64,000 bases of DNA from Gemmatimonadota bacterium (GTDB lineage Bacteria > JBHIER01 > G020348925), in NCBI GenBank assembly GCA_020348925.1, contig CP070758.1, positions 1,568,469-1,632,468 on the forward strand. The letters are read 5' to 3'. Positions 40,288-50,166 of this stretch are shown piece by piece. Under the pieces are notes generated by a model. The model did not search any database. It was given only the letters and a program-made list of their open reading frames with translations, and was not told the DNA's origin. Position numbers and translations under genes: made by a program. Numbering within the stretch: the first letter of the stretch is position 1; each line of letters begins with the position of its first letter.

Positions 40288-40445
40288 GAATTTTCACCTT
40301 TTTTTCAGTTCACGGGCCCCGTCTCTTTTTCTTCAGAAGGTCCCAAAACACCTTCAAAAACAGGTTTCCATTTCTTTCGGATGACCCCCTCTTCTGAATC
40401 GGACAATCAATGATATCCATAGGAATCGTAACGCTGATCCTCCCT

Positions 40446-41558
40446 TCAGCACTGTGACCATGGTCTCATAAATGGGCAGTTTTCGCACAGTGGTGTCATG
40501 TTCTTGCGGATGAGCTGCCTCCTGTATGCCTGTGCGATTTCGGAATTCCAAATTTCCTCAAGAGAGGTGTCAAGGATATTGCCGAAGGGGACTCGAAGCG
40601 TATAACAGCTGATCACCGTTCCGTCGGGTGCAATCGTTGCCGTGCGGAACGTCTCACAGATGTAAGGTCGTTTGGATCGGAGACAGCCGGCGTAACAATC
40701 CTCAAGCTCCTCCATGAGATAGGGAGGGCTGAAGGTTATGTACATACCCGTCTTTCTCCCCCGCTCTTGGCATTCACGAAGCCTGCTCCTGAGCGTTTCA
40801 AGGGAGTAGCGTCGGGCTCGATTCGTCCGAGACAATGAAATATCATCCAAGGCGAATCCCGCTTGGATGGCTTGGTCGACGGATGTATCGGGGTAGAGGC
40901 GCTCTATTTCGAACTTCAATTTTTTGACCCCCAAAGCGCAACATATATCGACAACGTCCGTGAGAACCTCCGCATTCTCATTTTGTAGGACGCAATTGAC
41001 TGTAACCGGAAAGACAGGAACAAGCCCCTGGATTGCCTGAGTCGCCTTCTCATAGGATCCGCGCACGCGACGTATGGAATCGTGAACGGACTCTGGGCCA
41101 TCCAGTGATATGTCTATTGAAAAAATATTTCGATGTTTTTTCAACGCCTCAACTTCGGCCTCGCCGATGAGGGTGCCGTTGGTGCAGATAATGAGATCCC
41201 TCGTACTCTCGAAATAGCCGATCAAATCGAGCGTATCGCTGCGCAGAAACACTTCCCCTCCGATAAGAGTAACCTTTCTCAGATAGGGAGTGCGGTCAAG
41301 GAAATGGATAATCTGCTCAAGCCTGAGCTCCTCTCCATCGGTCACATCAAAGCGATCCTGGTAACACATTTTGCAGCGGAGGTTGCATCGCTGCGTCGGT
41401 TCAAACATCATACTATCCGGAAGGGGCAGATTGCCACTCTCCCGGAACGTGCGCACTCTTCTCTCAAGGCCGTCATGCTCATAACGGGTATAGAGCTTGC
41501 GAGCCAGGTCATAGCCGCCAAACCGTAACAAATAGTGTTTGATTGTGCCCTTGACCAC
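40446..41558 (-). CDS. Radical SAM protein with SPASM/twitch domain
   Basis: CNLRCKMC, GGE, TNGT, SLDG; C..IAPDGTVISC..GNI..WNS..CENC. Confidence 0.92.
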   Translation of the reverse strand: MVKGTIKHYLLRFGGYDLARKLYTRYEHDGLERRVRTFRESGNLPLPDSMMFEPTQRCNLRCKMCYQDRFDVTDGEELRLEQIIHFLDRTPYLRKVTLIGGEVFLRSDTLDLIGYFESTRDLIICTNGTLIGEAEVEALKKHRNIFSIDISLDGPESVHDSIRRVRGSYEKATQAIQGLVPVFPVTVNCVLQNENAEVLTDVVDICCALGVKKLKFEIERLYPDTSVDQAIQAGFALDDISLSRTNRARRYSLETLRSRLRECQERGRKTGMYITFSPPYLMEELEDCYAGCLRSKRPYICETFRTATIAPDGTVISCYTLRVPFGNILDTSLEEIWNSEIAQAYRRQLIRKNMTPLCENCPFMRPWSQC

Positions 41559-41649
41559 CAGACTATTTCCTCCCAGGGAATGGAACCGTTTTCCGCGTCT
41601 TCTTCACAGGATGCCGCCTGAGCGGGACGACAAACTGCTGCCGTGCAGA

Positions 41650-42693
41650 TTAGGCGGTCACAGAAGCTCTGAGTAGTGCGCCTTTGAATACTCCCCAAAT
41701 GACGGTCAGGAGGTGCACCGGTCCAAGCAGAAGAACCCCCAAACCCACGGCAAGGCTTCGAGTGCGAGAAGCGGAAACGATTGCTGTTACCATCAAGACG
41801 ATAAAATAGACACCGACCAACGCAACGAAGAGATAACGAGCGAAAAGACTCACCAGTGAAAAGAATCCGATTATTATAACCACGATAGCCGAAAGGAATA
41901 CCAAGAAATGAAGACTGCGAAAAAAGGTGTGTTGCTGGCGCAACACTTTGACCTTCTCTGAGGCAATGTAAATATTTCTCAGGACAAATTTGCGGAAAGT
42001 GGTCACTCGTCTGTGCCAGACGGGATTATCCTCGACATATCGGATGCGAAAACCGGCATGACGAATTCGATTGGCTATCTCTATCTCAGCTCCGGAAGAT
42101 ATGTCCTCCGGAAAGAGACCGACACGCTCAAGGATCCTCGCCGGTATGGCCATATTCACTTTGCGAGGATAGTACCAATCGGCTTTCAGCACGTTTCCAC
42201 TCCGTGAACCCGCTGCACCGAGGAACGAGTTCAAGAGGCAGTCAAGAGCCCGCGGGAACCATCCCAGGCCCTCCGGAAGAATTTCCGAACCTCCCAGGGC
42301 ACCAACGTCATCTGCAAGATGGGCTTCTATTTTTTCGAGCCAAGCCGGCTCAAAGGTGCAGTCATCCTCAGTAATAATATAGCATTCACCCGGAGATGTG
42401 CGGATGGCGAAATTACGGGCTTCGTTCACCCGTTGTTCATGCAGCCAGCTGGGACCTGTCAGCGAACGCTCCGGAAGAGTCAGCAAACGGCACGTGAACT
42501 CGCCTTTGGGAATCTTAGCCATGAACGCTCCCAATCCCGGGACCACCCGGCAGTCAACCAGCACGACGTGAAATCGGTCCCTGGGATAATCGAGCTTCGC
42601 GATCGAAGTCAAACACCGCTCCAAGTCTTTCAGGGAATGGGTGACCGGGATAATGATGACGAAGGGCGGTGTTCTTTTCTCTGAATTATTCAT
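41650..42693 (-). CDS. GT2 glycosyltransferase with C-terminal TM helices
   Basis: IIIPV, EDDC (DxD-like), NMAI, hydrophobic C-terminus. Confidence 0.85.
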   Translation of the reverse strand: MNNSEKRTPPFVIIIPVTHSLKDLERCLTSIAKLDYPRDRFHVVLVDCRVVPGLGAFMAKIPKGEFTCRLLTLPERSLTGPSWLHEQRVNEARNFAIRTSPGECYIITEDDCTFEPAWLEKIEAHLADDVGALGGSEILPEGLGWFPRALDCLLNSFLGAAGSRSGNVLKADWYYPRKVNMAIPARILERVGLFPEDISSGAEIEIANRIRHAGFRIRYVEDNPVWHRRVTTFRKFVLRNIYIASEKVKVLRQQHTFFRSLHFLVFLSAIVVIIIGFFSLVSLFARYLFVALVGVYFIVLMVTAIVSASRTRSLAVGLGVLLLGPVHLLTVIWGVFKGALLRASVTA

Positions 42694-42958
42694 GGATATT
42701 ATCTCCGTGATGGTCTGGTTGAATCGTCATGACCAAACACGGATACGGTTGCATGAATCTCAATCCGCATTCTATAACTTAAAAACCGACGGTTCAGGCA
42801 TGCTTCACAAAATTGTATCTCAAAGATATGGCGATTCCCGGACCATTTCAACTTCGAAGTTCTCCTACTCAGGTGATTGTCGAAATAAGTCATGTACCAT
42901 TTGCGTGCGTGAAATACGATCTGAACAATATATAGTCGGATTGTGGGCCACATTTTCC

Positions 42959-43897
42959 TCAATCGTCTTCTGAGATTTCTTTCTTAAAAAGAGCGTGACC
43001 GAAACCCGGAGCCAGCAACAACGTCAAAACGGTTCCGATAATTCTATGGAGAGCAGCGGCATGGAAGCCCTCGTTCAGCCCAATTCCAAAGAGATTCGAG
43101 ATGCCCATAAACATTCCTTCTTTGATGCCAAGATCGGCAGGGACAAGCTTGAGCATACTGCTGAAGGTCGTAAAGGTCAAGATGATCCCGCAAGTAAGAA
43201 TCGGTGCATCTACGGAGAAGGTCCTGAATGAAAAATAGATGGTGAGACCTGATTCGGCGAAGATGAGACAGTTCAGAACAATAAGCCGCACAATCATGGT
43301 GCGATCTTGCCGCATCTTTTGCCATTCCCGCAAAATATGTATCAGCGGGCTCAGCGAAGAGAGATAGGGCACACGTATGTGATCTCCAAACAGCAGAAAA
43401 AACGTAGTGCCGATGAAAACGCCCCCGGCTATCCCTGTCAGAAACAGGCCGGTATCTCCAATATGGAGTAAGATCACGGTGGAGAAAAAACTGAAAACGG
43501 CCAGCCTGACGATACTGGCGACGGCTAAGCTGGCCGCAAATGAGCTGTACCGGAGACCGCAGCTCTTTTTCAAGTACAATGCTTTAAGGGAAGCACCGCT
43601 GGGAAAAGGCAGAAACAGATAGGTAAATCCCGACAGGCGTGAGAGACCGAACCATTGGGCAAAAGTGAGATTGAGTCCATAATGATCTGTCAGGACCTTC
43701 AGTTGAAGACCATAGCATAAAAAATTGAACAAAACCAAACACAAGAGTACCAGTAAGGTGTCAACCGAAATGGCACTTATTAACCGGAAATCATCTTTAT
43801 GTCTGGTATAATAAAGAACAGCAGCTCCAGCCATCGCGATAAGAAGAAAAACGGATACGATTTTTCTGGCGGTACTTTTGGAGTTCACTGTTCTCAT
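42959..43897 (-). CDS. Lysylphosphatidylglycerol-synthase TM / flippase-like membrane protein (UPF0104-like)
   Basis: Polytopic; LPFPSGASLKALYLK, VPADLGIKEG..HR motif. Confidence 0.75.
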   Translation of the reverse strand: MRTVNSKSTARKIVSVFLLIAMAGAAVLYYTRHKDDFRLISAISVDTLLVLLCLVLFNFLCYGLQLKVLTDHYGLNLTFAQWFGLSRLSGFTYLFLPFPSGASLKALYLKKSCGLRYSSFAASLAVASIVRLAVFSFFSTVILLHIGDTGLFLTGIAGGVFIGTTFFLLFGDHIRVPYLSSLSPLIHILREWQKMRQDRTMIVRLIVLNCLIFAESGLTIYFSFRTFSVDAPILTCGIILTFTTFSSMLKLVPADLGIKEGMFMGISNLFGIGLNEGFHAAALHRIIGTVLTLLLAPGFGHALFKKEISEDD

Positions 43898-43909
43898 GTG
43901 TAACCCTGT

Positions 43910-44827
43910 TTACTGACTCTCGGCTTTTTTCGATTTATGTGTCCGCAGGCTGCGAGCTGCCCCCCAGCACCAGGCCAGCTTGAGTACATAGACCACAGGG
44001 GCGGTCCAGAAGTATCTCGCCAGCCGCCGGTTGTCCAGATAGATTCCCGCCGTCACCTTGAGAGCGATCAACGGTGCACAGGCCAACAGGAGCAGTGGCG
44101 ATCGGATCACAAAAGGCGTTTTCAGGAGCGACCTGTACTGATTGCGCAAGTGTACGGTCTCTGAAGCGCGCAAGGCAGCGTGTTTTAGAACCGGTAGAAA
44201 AGCGGAGCGATCAGGATCATGTGTGACAAGGATGTCGGGTACAAAATATGGACGATAGCCCTTTTGACGGGCGCGGAGAACGAGTTCCATATCTTCGCAC
44301 ATTTGACCGCTCTCTCGAAAACCGTTCAGTTCTTCAAGAACGGAACGTCTCAATCCCATGTTTGCCCCAGCGATGAAATCCACCGGACCGGCTTTGCGGC
44401 CTGGGGAAAAGAGGTGAAACTCGTCTATATTGTGACAGAGTTTCATCCGGTTTTCCGTAGGGCTGGCGATTGTACCCGCAATGATTGGTTCCTGATGTAG
44501 GGCAGCAGTCATTCGTTCGACCCAATCCTCCTTCACGATGCAATCGTCATCCGTGAAAGCTAGAAATTCTCCCCGTGCACTCTTGAGTCCAATATTTCCG
44601 GCGCGGCCGGTGCCGACATGTTCGCCGGCAGGAACATATTTCATGTTTGGCAGCTCCGATCGTAACCTTTCACATTCCTCGGACGTATCGTCTCTCGAGC
44701 CGTCATCAACCACAATGACCTCATACTTTTCAAAATGTACTGTCTGGCGTGCCAGAGATCGAAGAGCTCGGCTCAGGATGTGGGCCCGGTCTCGAGTACA
44801 GATTATGATGCTGATGAATCCTGTCAT
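43910..44827 (-). CDS. GT2 glycosyltransferase
   Basis: SIIICTRDR, VVDDGS, FTDDDC, GANM, CEDMEL. Confidence 0.92.
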   Translation of the reverse strand: MTGFISIIICTRDRAHILSRALRSLARQTVHFEKYEVIVVDDGSRDDTSEECERLRSELPNMKYVPAGEHVGTGRAGNIGLKSARGEFLAFTDDDCIVKEDWVERMTAALHQEPIIAGTIASPTENRMKLCHNIDEFHLFSPGRKAGPVDFIAGANMGLRRSVLEELNGFRESGQMCEDMELVLRARQKGYRPYFVPDILVTHDPDRSAFLPVLKHAALRASETVHLRNQYRSLLKTPFVIRSPLLLLACAPLIALKVTAGIYLDNRRLARYFWTAPVVYVLKLAWCWGAARSLRTHKSKKAESQ

Positions 44828-44828
44828 A

Positions 44829-45962
44829 TCACTTCTTTTCGCTGGTCTGAGTGCATCGAAAGATCTCTACGGTACAGTCATCAACCACCATGTCTTTATA
44901 AACACAGTCTCTGCACAGGTAGTAATGGTTGTTTCCTGCGTTGAATTTCGATCGAAAATCTCTGCCGGATTTTCCCTTCCAGATGGAAAGCGGGGATTCC
45001 TTGGTATCAAGCGCTCCGAAGGCATGTGTGTTCTTGTAATCATACTCGCAGGGAATCACTTCACCGCTCGCACTCAGAGTTATCCTCTTCCACGGGCGCA
45101 TACAAGTAAATCGTTTCTGTTTCCTTCGGGATTTCTCAGCACTGTTCTCATATCCACGATAGTCTCGTGTTTCGGGCAGATAATAACGGCAAAAATCGGT
45201 TTCGAGCGCTTTCACCGATGCCACGGTTCTGAAGGTGAGAAAATCAATCTGGAGTTCTTCGGCGAGCTTTTTGATTGCAGGAATTTCGTTTTCATTATGC
45301 TTCATGACGATGAACCTTAGGTTGACGAGAGGAGTGTCGGAACCCTTCTCCTGTTTCACTTTGATAACAGTCCTGATGTTCCTCAAGACCAATTCAAGAT
45401 CTCCACCCCTTCGGTATCTGGTGTATGTTTCCTGCGAGGCTCCATCCACTCCAACGACGAGGCTGTCGAGCCCGCACTCGACCAGCATCGCTGCCTGATC
45501 TTCATTAAAGTTCACATTCCCGTTGGTGCTCGTATGGACGATAACTTTCTTAGATTTGGCATACGAGATCATTCTGAATATATCAGGATGAAGAAAAGGT
45601 TCGCCGTTCATCCAGAGCACGATGAAAAGGAGATAGTCTCCGATAGTATCTATGAAGTGCTTGAATGTGTCAAAGGAGAGTGCCATCTTTGGTCGGGAGT
45701 CACTTTCCAATGTGGTCAGGCACAGGGGACAGGAGAGGTTGCAGAAATTGACCGGTTCCACCTGAGCAATGACTGGGTATCCGACGGGCCTTACTGGTAA
45801 GAGAAACTGGTTGAGGCCAGCGTAAAAAAAATTCCATATCTTCTTTAAATGGAGCTCTCTTACCTCAAAAGGGAGCAATTCGAAGGTGAATCGAAACCGT
45901 CTCCGAAAAAGAAGGTTTGGTATTTGAGGAATGATATCTTGGATTTTAAATAGTTTCAACAA
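44829..45962 (-). CDS. Radical SAM protein with SPASM/twitch domain
   Basis: CNLSCPLC, GEPFLH, STNG; CMRPW...GEVIPCEYD...CRDC. Confidence 0.92.
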   Translation of the reverse strand: MLKLFKIQDIIPQIPNLLFRRRFRFTFELLPFEVRELHLKKIWNFFYAGLNQFLLPVRPVGYPVIAQVEPVNFCNLSCPLCLTTLESDSRPKMALSFDTFKHFIDTIGDYLLFIVLWMNGEPFLHPDIFRMISYAKSKKVIVHTSTNGNVNFNEDQAAMLVECGLDSLVVGVDGASQETYTRYRRGGDLELVLRNIRTVIKVKQEKGSDTPLVNLRFIVMKHNENEIPAIKKLAEELQIDFLTFRTVASVKALETDFCRYYLPETRDYRGYENSAEKSRRKQKRFTCMRPWKRITLSASGEVIPCEYDYKNTHAFGALDTKESPLSIWKGKSGRDFRSKFNAGNNHYYLCRDCVYKDMVVDDCTVEIFRCTQTSEKK

Positions 45963-45992
45963 ATTTCCTGTTTAGCCTGGTTTGTTCATGAG

Positions 45993-46203
45993 CTGTCATT
46001 CCGGCTGGAATGCCGGAATCTCCTCGATTGATGCAACGGATTCTCTGTTCAGGAGATTCCGAGATAAACCCGGAATGACAGAGTATACAATCGTGGGAGA
46101 TACTATGGAAAAAAGTTCAACACCAGTGTTCATTATAATTCCATAAATGTATTCATGTTACGTTGCGTTTGCAGTGGTTTTATGAATTATCCATGTTAGA
46201 GAC
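45993..46203. repeat. 211-bp direct repeat copy 2 with REP-like palindromic pair
   Basis: Near-identical to 32949-33159. Confidence 0.92.
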
Positions 46204-46269
46204 ATATGAGAGAAAGAAAAGTTTAAATTTGTAAGACTCAATTGTAATATTAAATCGTCAGAATGCTTT

Positions 46270-47844
46270 TCAACCGGACTTTTTTTTCTTTCTTTTAGAT
46301 TTTTCCATATTTTGGATCTCCCCAATGGGTGTAACAAGAATACTAACAAGGAGGTAACCCGAAGTGGAGAACATTATCAAGAAAAGAACCAAGCTTACAC
46401 CCACCCATGCAGGAGGGCCGGAAATCCAGAGGTATTTGGGGTAGTAAGTAGTGTTGCCTTTTATATAATTCAGATACATAAGGTCGACAAAACCTGATAA
46501 AAGCTTTTTCGTGTTCTGTGTTATGAGATTCCATCTGGGATCAAAATTCATCTTTCTTCTCGCTTCCATATCATCCTCAGGTGTGTTGTACTGTTCCTCC
46601 AAATACTTCTGCGTTGCCTGATAACTTACACTTGAACCAATGAATTGAAAGAATACTGATACGAGGAAAACCATTACGAATACTCTTAAATAAAATTTTC
46701 CTTTTCGTAGAGTCGTAATATTATTTACGAATGTTCCCATAATAATCACCATAAAGCCGGTCATGGGAACCATGTATCGAATTCCCCAGGCGCTGCTGCC
46801 TGGAAAACCACTGGGGCCCCGGTTTGAGTAAAGAAAGATATGAAGGATAAGGGTAATTCCAATTAGAATGCACTCAAATTTATACTTTTTCCAGAAATCT
46901 TTCAGTGCCCAAAAGATAAAAATAAGAACAGGATTGATGAAAAACATGCTTCTGCATGGAATGATCCACATACCCAGTAAACCCAACAGCGTGAAGCGAA
47001 AACTTCTAATTCTAAATCCCTTCCCTTCCCCCCCGGTCTCTGCGACTTTCTGGGCCTTTGTGGCGTAACCCAATTCGAAGAAGCTCCCAAACCGTGCATA
47101 ATTATAATAGGCGTAAACAGCGAAGAAAAAGAGCAGAGGTGTGAGAAATATGAATGCTTCCCTCATAATGACGATAAGCGCCCGTTTCTTGTCACGGTAA
47201 TCTCGGTAGAATAATGCAAGTATTCCCAGTACGATGACGATGATAAAAAGAGGTGCATCAGGACGTACAATCAGAGCCAATCCAGTGAAACAACCGCAGA
47301 GAAACAACCACTTTTTCTTTCTCTTGTCCCTGTATTTCAGAAAAAATAGAAACGAAGTAAGATACACTACCGTTGTTAGAGGCTCGGGCATAAGGTATCG
47401 GGCGTGGACCCAGGCCATTGTACCTATACCATACACAAGGGCCAATGCAACAGATGTCTTCATTGTATATTTTAATTCTCTTCCGAGATGAAAGAGGATA
47501 ATGCACGCGATCGCTGTCAGGATTGGATTCACGAATAGGACGCCACTGGGAAACATGCCGAACACTTTCGAGAGGGCGGTAAAAAAAGAGACGACGAGCA
47601 CAAAAGCCAATCCCTCATACGTGTAGTATTTGCCGTCTTTGCCGATGCCCGTCTCCAGTGTTGGCTCTTCTATGGAAAAATTACCTTCATCGACCAAACT
47701 CAATGCCGTTAAAAGAGCGGATACACCCATGGACGTCGGGGGATACCCCGGCGTAAAAAGCAGATAGAGACTAACCAGGAACATGAAGATTAACAACTGT
47801 ACATTTATTCGAGTCTTGTTATTACCATCTGCTTTTTTTGTCAT
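46270..47844 (-). CDS. GT-C-like membrane protein, paralog 5
   Basis: Same conserved motifs; start MTKKAD chosen within ORF 46270..47886. Confidence 0.75.
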   Translation of the reverse strand: MTKKADGNNKTRINVQLLIFMFLVSLYLLFTPGYPPTSMGVSALLTALSLVDEGNFSIEEPTLETGIGKDGKYYTYEGLAFVLVVSFFTALSKVFGMFPSGVLFVNPILTAIACIILFHLGRELKYTMKTSVALALVYGIGTMAWVHARYLMPEPLTTVVYLTSFLFFLKYRDKRKKKWLFLCGCFTGLALIVRPDAPLFIIVIVLGILALFYRDYRDKKRALIVIMREAFIFLTPLLFFFAVYAYYNYARFGSFFELGYATKAQKVAETGGEGKGFRIRSFRFTLLGLLGMWIIPCRSMFFINPVLIFIFWALKDFWKKYKFECILIGITLILHIFLYSNRGPSGFPGSSAWGIRYMVPMTGFMVIIMGTFVNNITTLRKGKFYLRVFVMVFLVSVFFQFIGSSVSYQATQKYLEEQYNTPEDDMEARRKMNFDPRWNLITQNTKKLLSGFVDLMYLNYIKGNTTYYPKYLWISGPPAWVGVSLVLFLIMFSTSGYLLVSILVTPIGEIQNMEKSKRKKKKSG

Positions 47845-48815
47845 GCAATTTTTCCCCCGAGTTTCATGCTTGAAACTCTCTAACATACGACTCTATCAAT
47901 TCGCCCGGAACAGGAAGAAACATTTGATCTCAGCCAAGAAACTGTGTAGACTGTTCCCAAATTTATAAAACAAAGGCAGATCCCACAATATTTAGTCATG
48001 GAGCTTTCCAAAGACACTGAGAGCAAGTTGCCATCCCGCGAAAGCCGGTACTTTCGAAATATACGACTGTAAAAAAAGAGCATCAACAACAAATTTAAAA
48101 TCCACAATTCATAATAGTTTGAGCGGGACTGCCAAAACACCGAGGAAAGCTTACATTGAACTTGAATAAAAACAGTGAATAAAACCCCTTTCAATGGAGG
48201 CAAGAAAAAAAACAAAGAACACCCTGAGGACACCGAACACACCTGTTGCCAAAGTCACATGTGAGAGTCGACGGACTCTCAAATTCCTGCTTGCTGGTGC
48301 TTTTTGGAAGTTGCATTTTATACAAAGCCAAAGCTTTCTATCACGATTCTATCCGACCCGAACTTCAGGCCACACCGGTCGGAGGATGGAATCGGCGGCA
48401 GCTCAAGCCTACGTTTTCCCGTTTGCTGCTCCGCACACCGTAGTCAGCATTTTTGAACGCTGAGACGCGAAACGACAACAGATCTTATTTCGAGGGTTGA
48501 ATCTGAGGCGAAAGATTGTACGATATATCAAGAGGAATGATCGTCTTGGGCTCCGGCAACAATCGCTTCAAAACAATCTCACGGAGAACCAGCCCGTTAT
48601 GACGAACGGACTGCTTTTCTGAGAGAACTTACCGAATGCCAGACAGGTATGAAAATGGTACTTTCTAATTGATGTTCCGTGACTCGTATTTCTTCGGACT
48701 ACGTGAAGGTGAATGTGATCCTGATATGAGATAAGTTGTGACGGATGTGACTGGGCTGCCTATAACAGAATTTAATTGAACGCCCCGTACCTCTCAGCCA
48801 CTGATAAGCCTCTGA

Positions 48816-49952
48816 TCACCCTTTCTTTCTGATCAGTGTTAACAGTTTCCGTCTTGAAAATACGAGCCTCTTTACGGAAAGATAGAGGTGCTTGAATAAG
48901 GTATGCTTCAAAATATACTGGGTCCGGACAAGTTCGGGTCTTCTCGTAATGGGGATATACACCTGGTGTGGCACGGGACAGTACCGACATAAATCAAACC
49001 CTTTCTTACGAAAGGTTGACCATTCCTCCCCACCCCATATTTCAGTAAATGTTTTCTCGCGTAAATTGCCGACGACGGGGTAATGAGTATATTCGACCAT
49101 ATTGCACGGGTGCACGTCACCGTTCGCCAAAATGATTGAAAAGAACGACGGAATCTCACAAGGCGCTGGGTTACGGTATATTCCCGAGGCATAATCCCTT
49201 TCAGTCCGTTTGCCCAGAGGATAAATTGATCGTACAGCAGAAACGGCCATTCTTCTGGTCCACGGATCACCACGTGTTTTTTCAATGATTTCTACAACTT
49301 CAGGCACAATATGTTGTTTAAATTCATGAATTTGTTTTTCGTCAAGCAGATAGGTTTGCTCTTCGAAGTCACCTTCCAGATAAGAAAACGTTATTCCGCA
49401 AAACTCTAACTCTTATGCCAGACGGATTAAATCTGCAAAATCACGATAATTTTCCTTGCACAGTAAGGTCTGCATATTGACCCGAAAACTTGGATTCTCA
49501 TTTGCCCTGATGTCGACAAATATTTTTGCGGCATGAATTGCTTTTTCCCACAAACCAGGCCGATTCCGAATGGAGTCATGATGTTCTGCCTGAGGACTGT
49601 ATAATGAAAGGGTAACTGCGTCCAGTCCAGCATTCTTCAATCGTGCGGCGTACTCCTGATCAATGAGACTGCCATTTGTGTTCAAACCGATTTCCCAGCC
49701 ATACTTTTTCCCTTCAGCAATTAATTCTGTCAAATGCTCATATAATGTTGGTTCTCCGCCGCTGATGGTGAGCTTGCTGAGGCCCAAGGCATTGACCTCG
49801 GCGAAAAGTCGCTTCCAGTGGGTGAGACTGAGTTGGTCTTCGGTAATTTTAAGTTTGTGCAAGGCTTTTCTTGTCGAACACGTCTTGCATCTGGCGGTGC
49901 ATGCTAAAGTGGGTTTTAAAACCAGATGAGCAAACCTTGGAACTGTCCTCAT
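48816..49952 (-). pseudogene. Radical SAM/SPASM gene interrupted by an in-frame TAA at 49413-49415
   Basis: CTARCKTC, SGGEPT, NTNG in the 5' part; frame continues LIRLA*ELEFCGITFSYLEGD..HIVPEVV into CEIP..NGDVHPC..CRYC. Confidence 0.85.
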
Positions 49953-50166
49953 ATTTTCACTTTCCTGGATGTATTTCCTGTTTCCAAATCGATTTCAATA
50001 TGTTAAATCTCTTGGATAACTTACGGATTCGATCTCTTTGTAAACAAGGATCACAAACCTGGGAAAAGCCGACTTGGCAGCGCTACGTTATGAAATTAAG
50101 CAAAACCTCTACGATTTTCATCCGGGACATGCGTCACCCTTGATTATTTGACTTTCAAGAATAGAG

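Noticed and set aside
33114-46349. Short ORFs 33114..33368 and 46158..46349 both ending WIIHKTTANAT
   Set aside because: They overlap real genes out of frame; the shared end simply reflects the 211-bp DNA repeat
33212-47844. Diversity-generating retroelement or invertase-driven variation behind the paralog loops
   Set aside because: No reverse transcriptase, recombinase or adenine-specific TR/VR pair seen in the window
35823-49415. Genome-wide TAA reassignment as the explanation for the two in-frame stops
   Set aside because: TAA terminates conserved genes at the expected ends (nrdJ region reads D then TAA; secD and the MFP also end in TAA), and the two sites imply different amino acids
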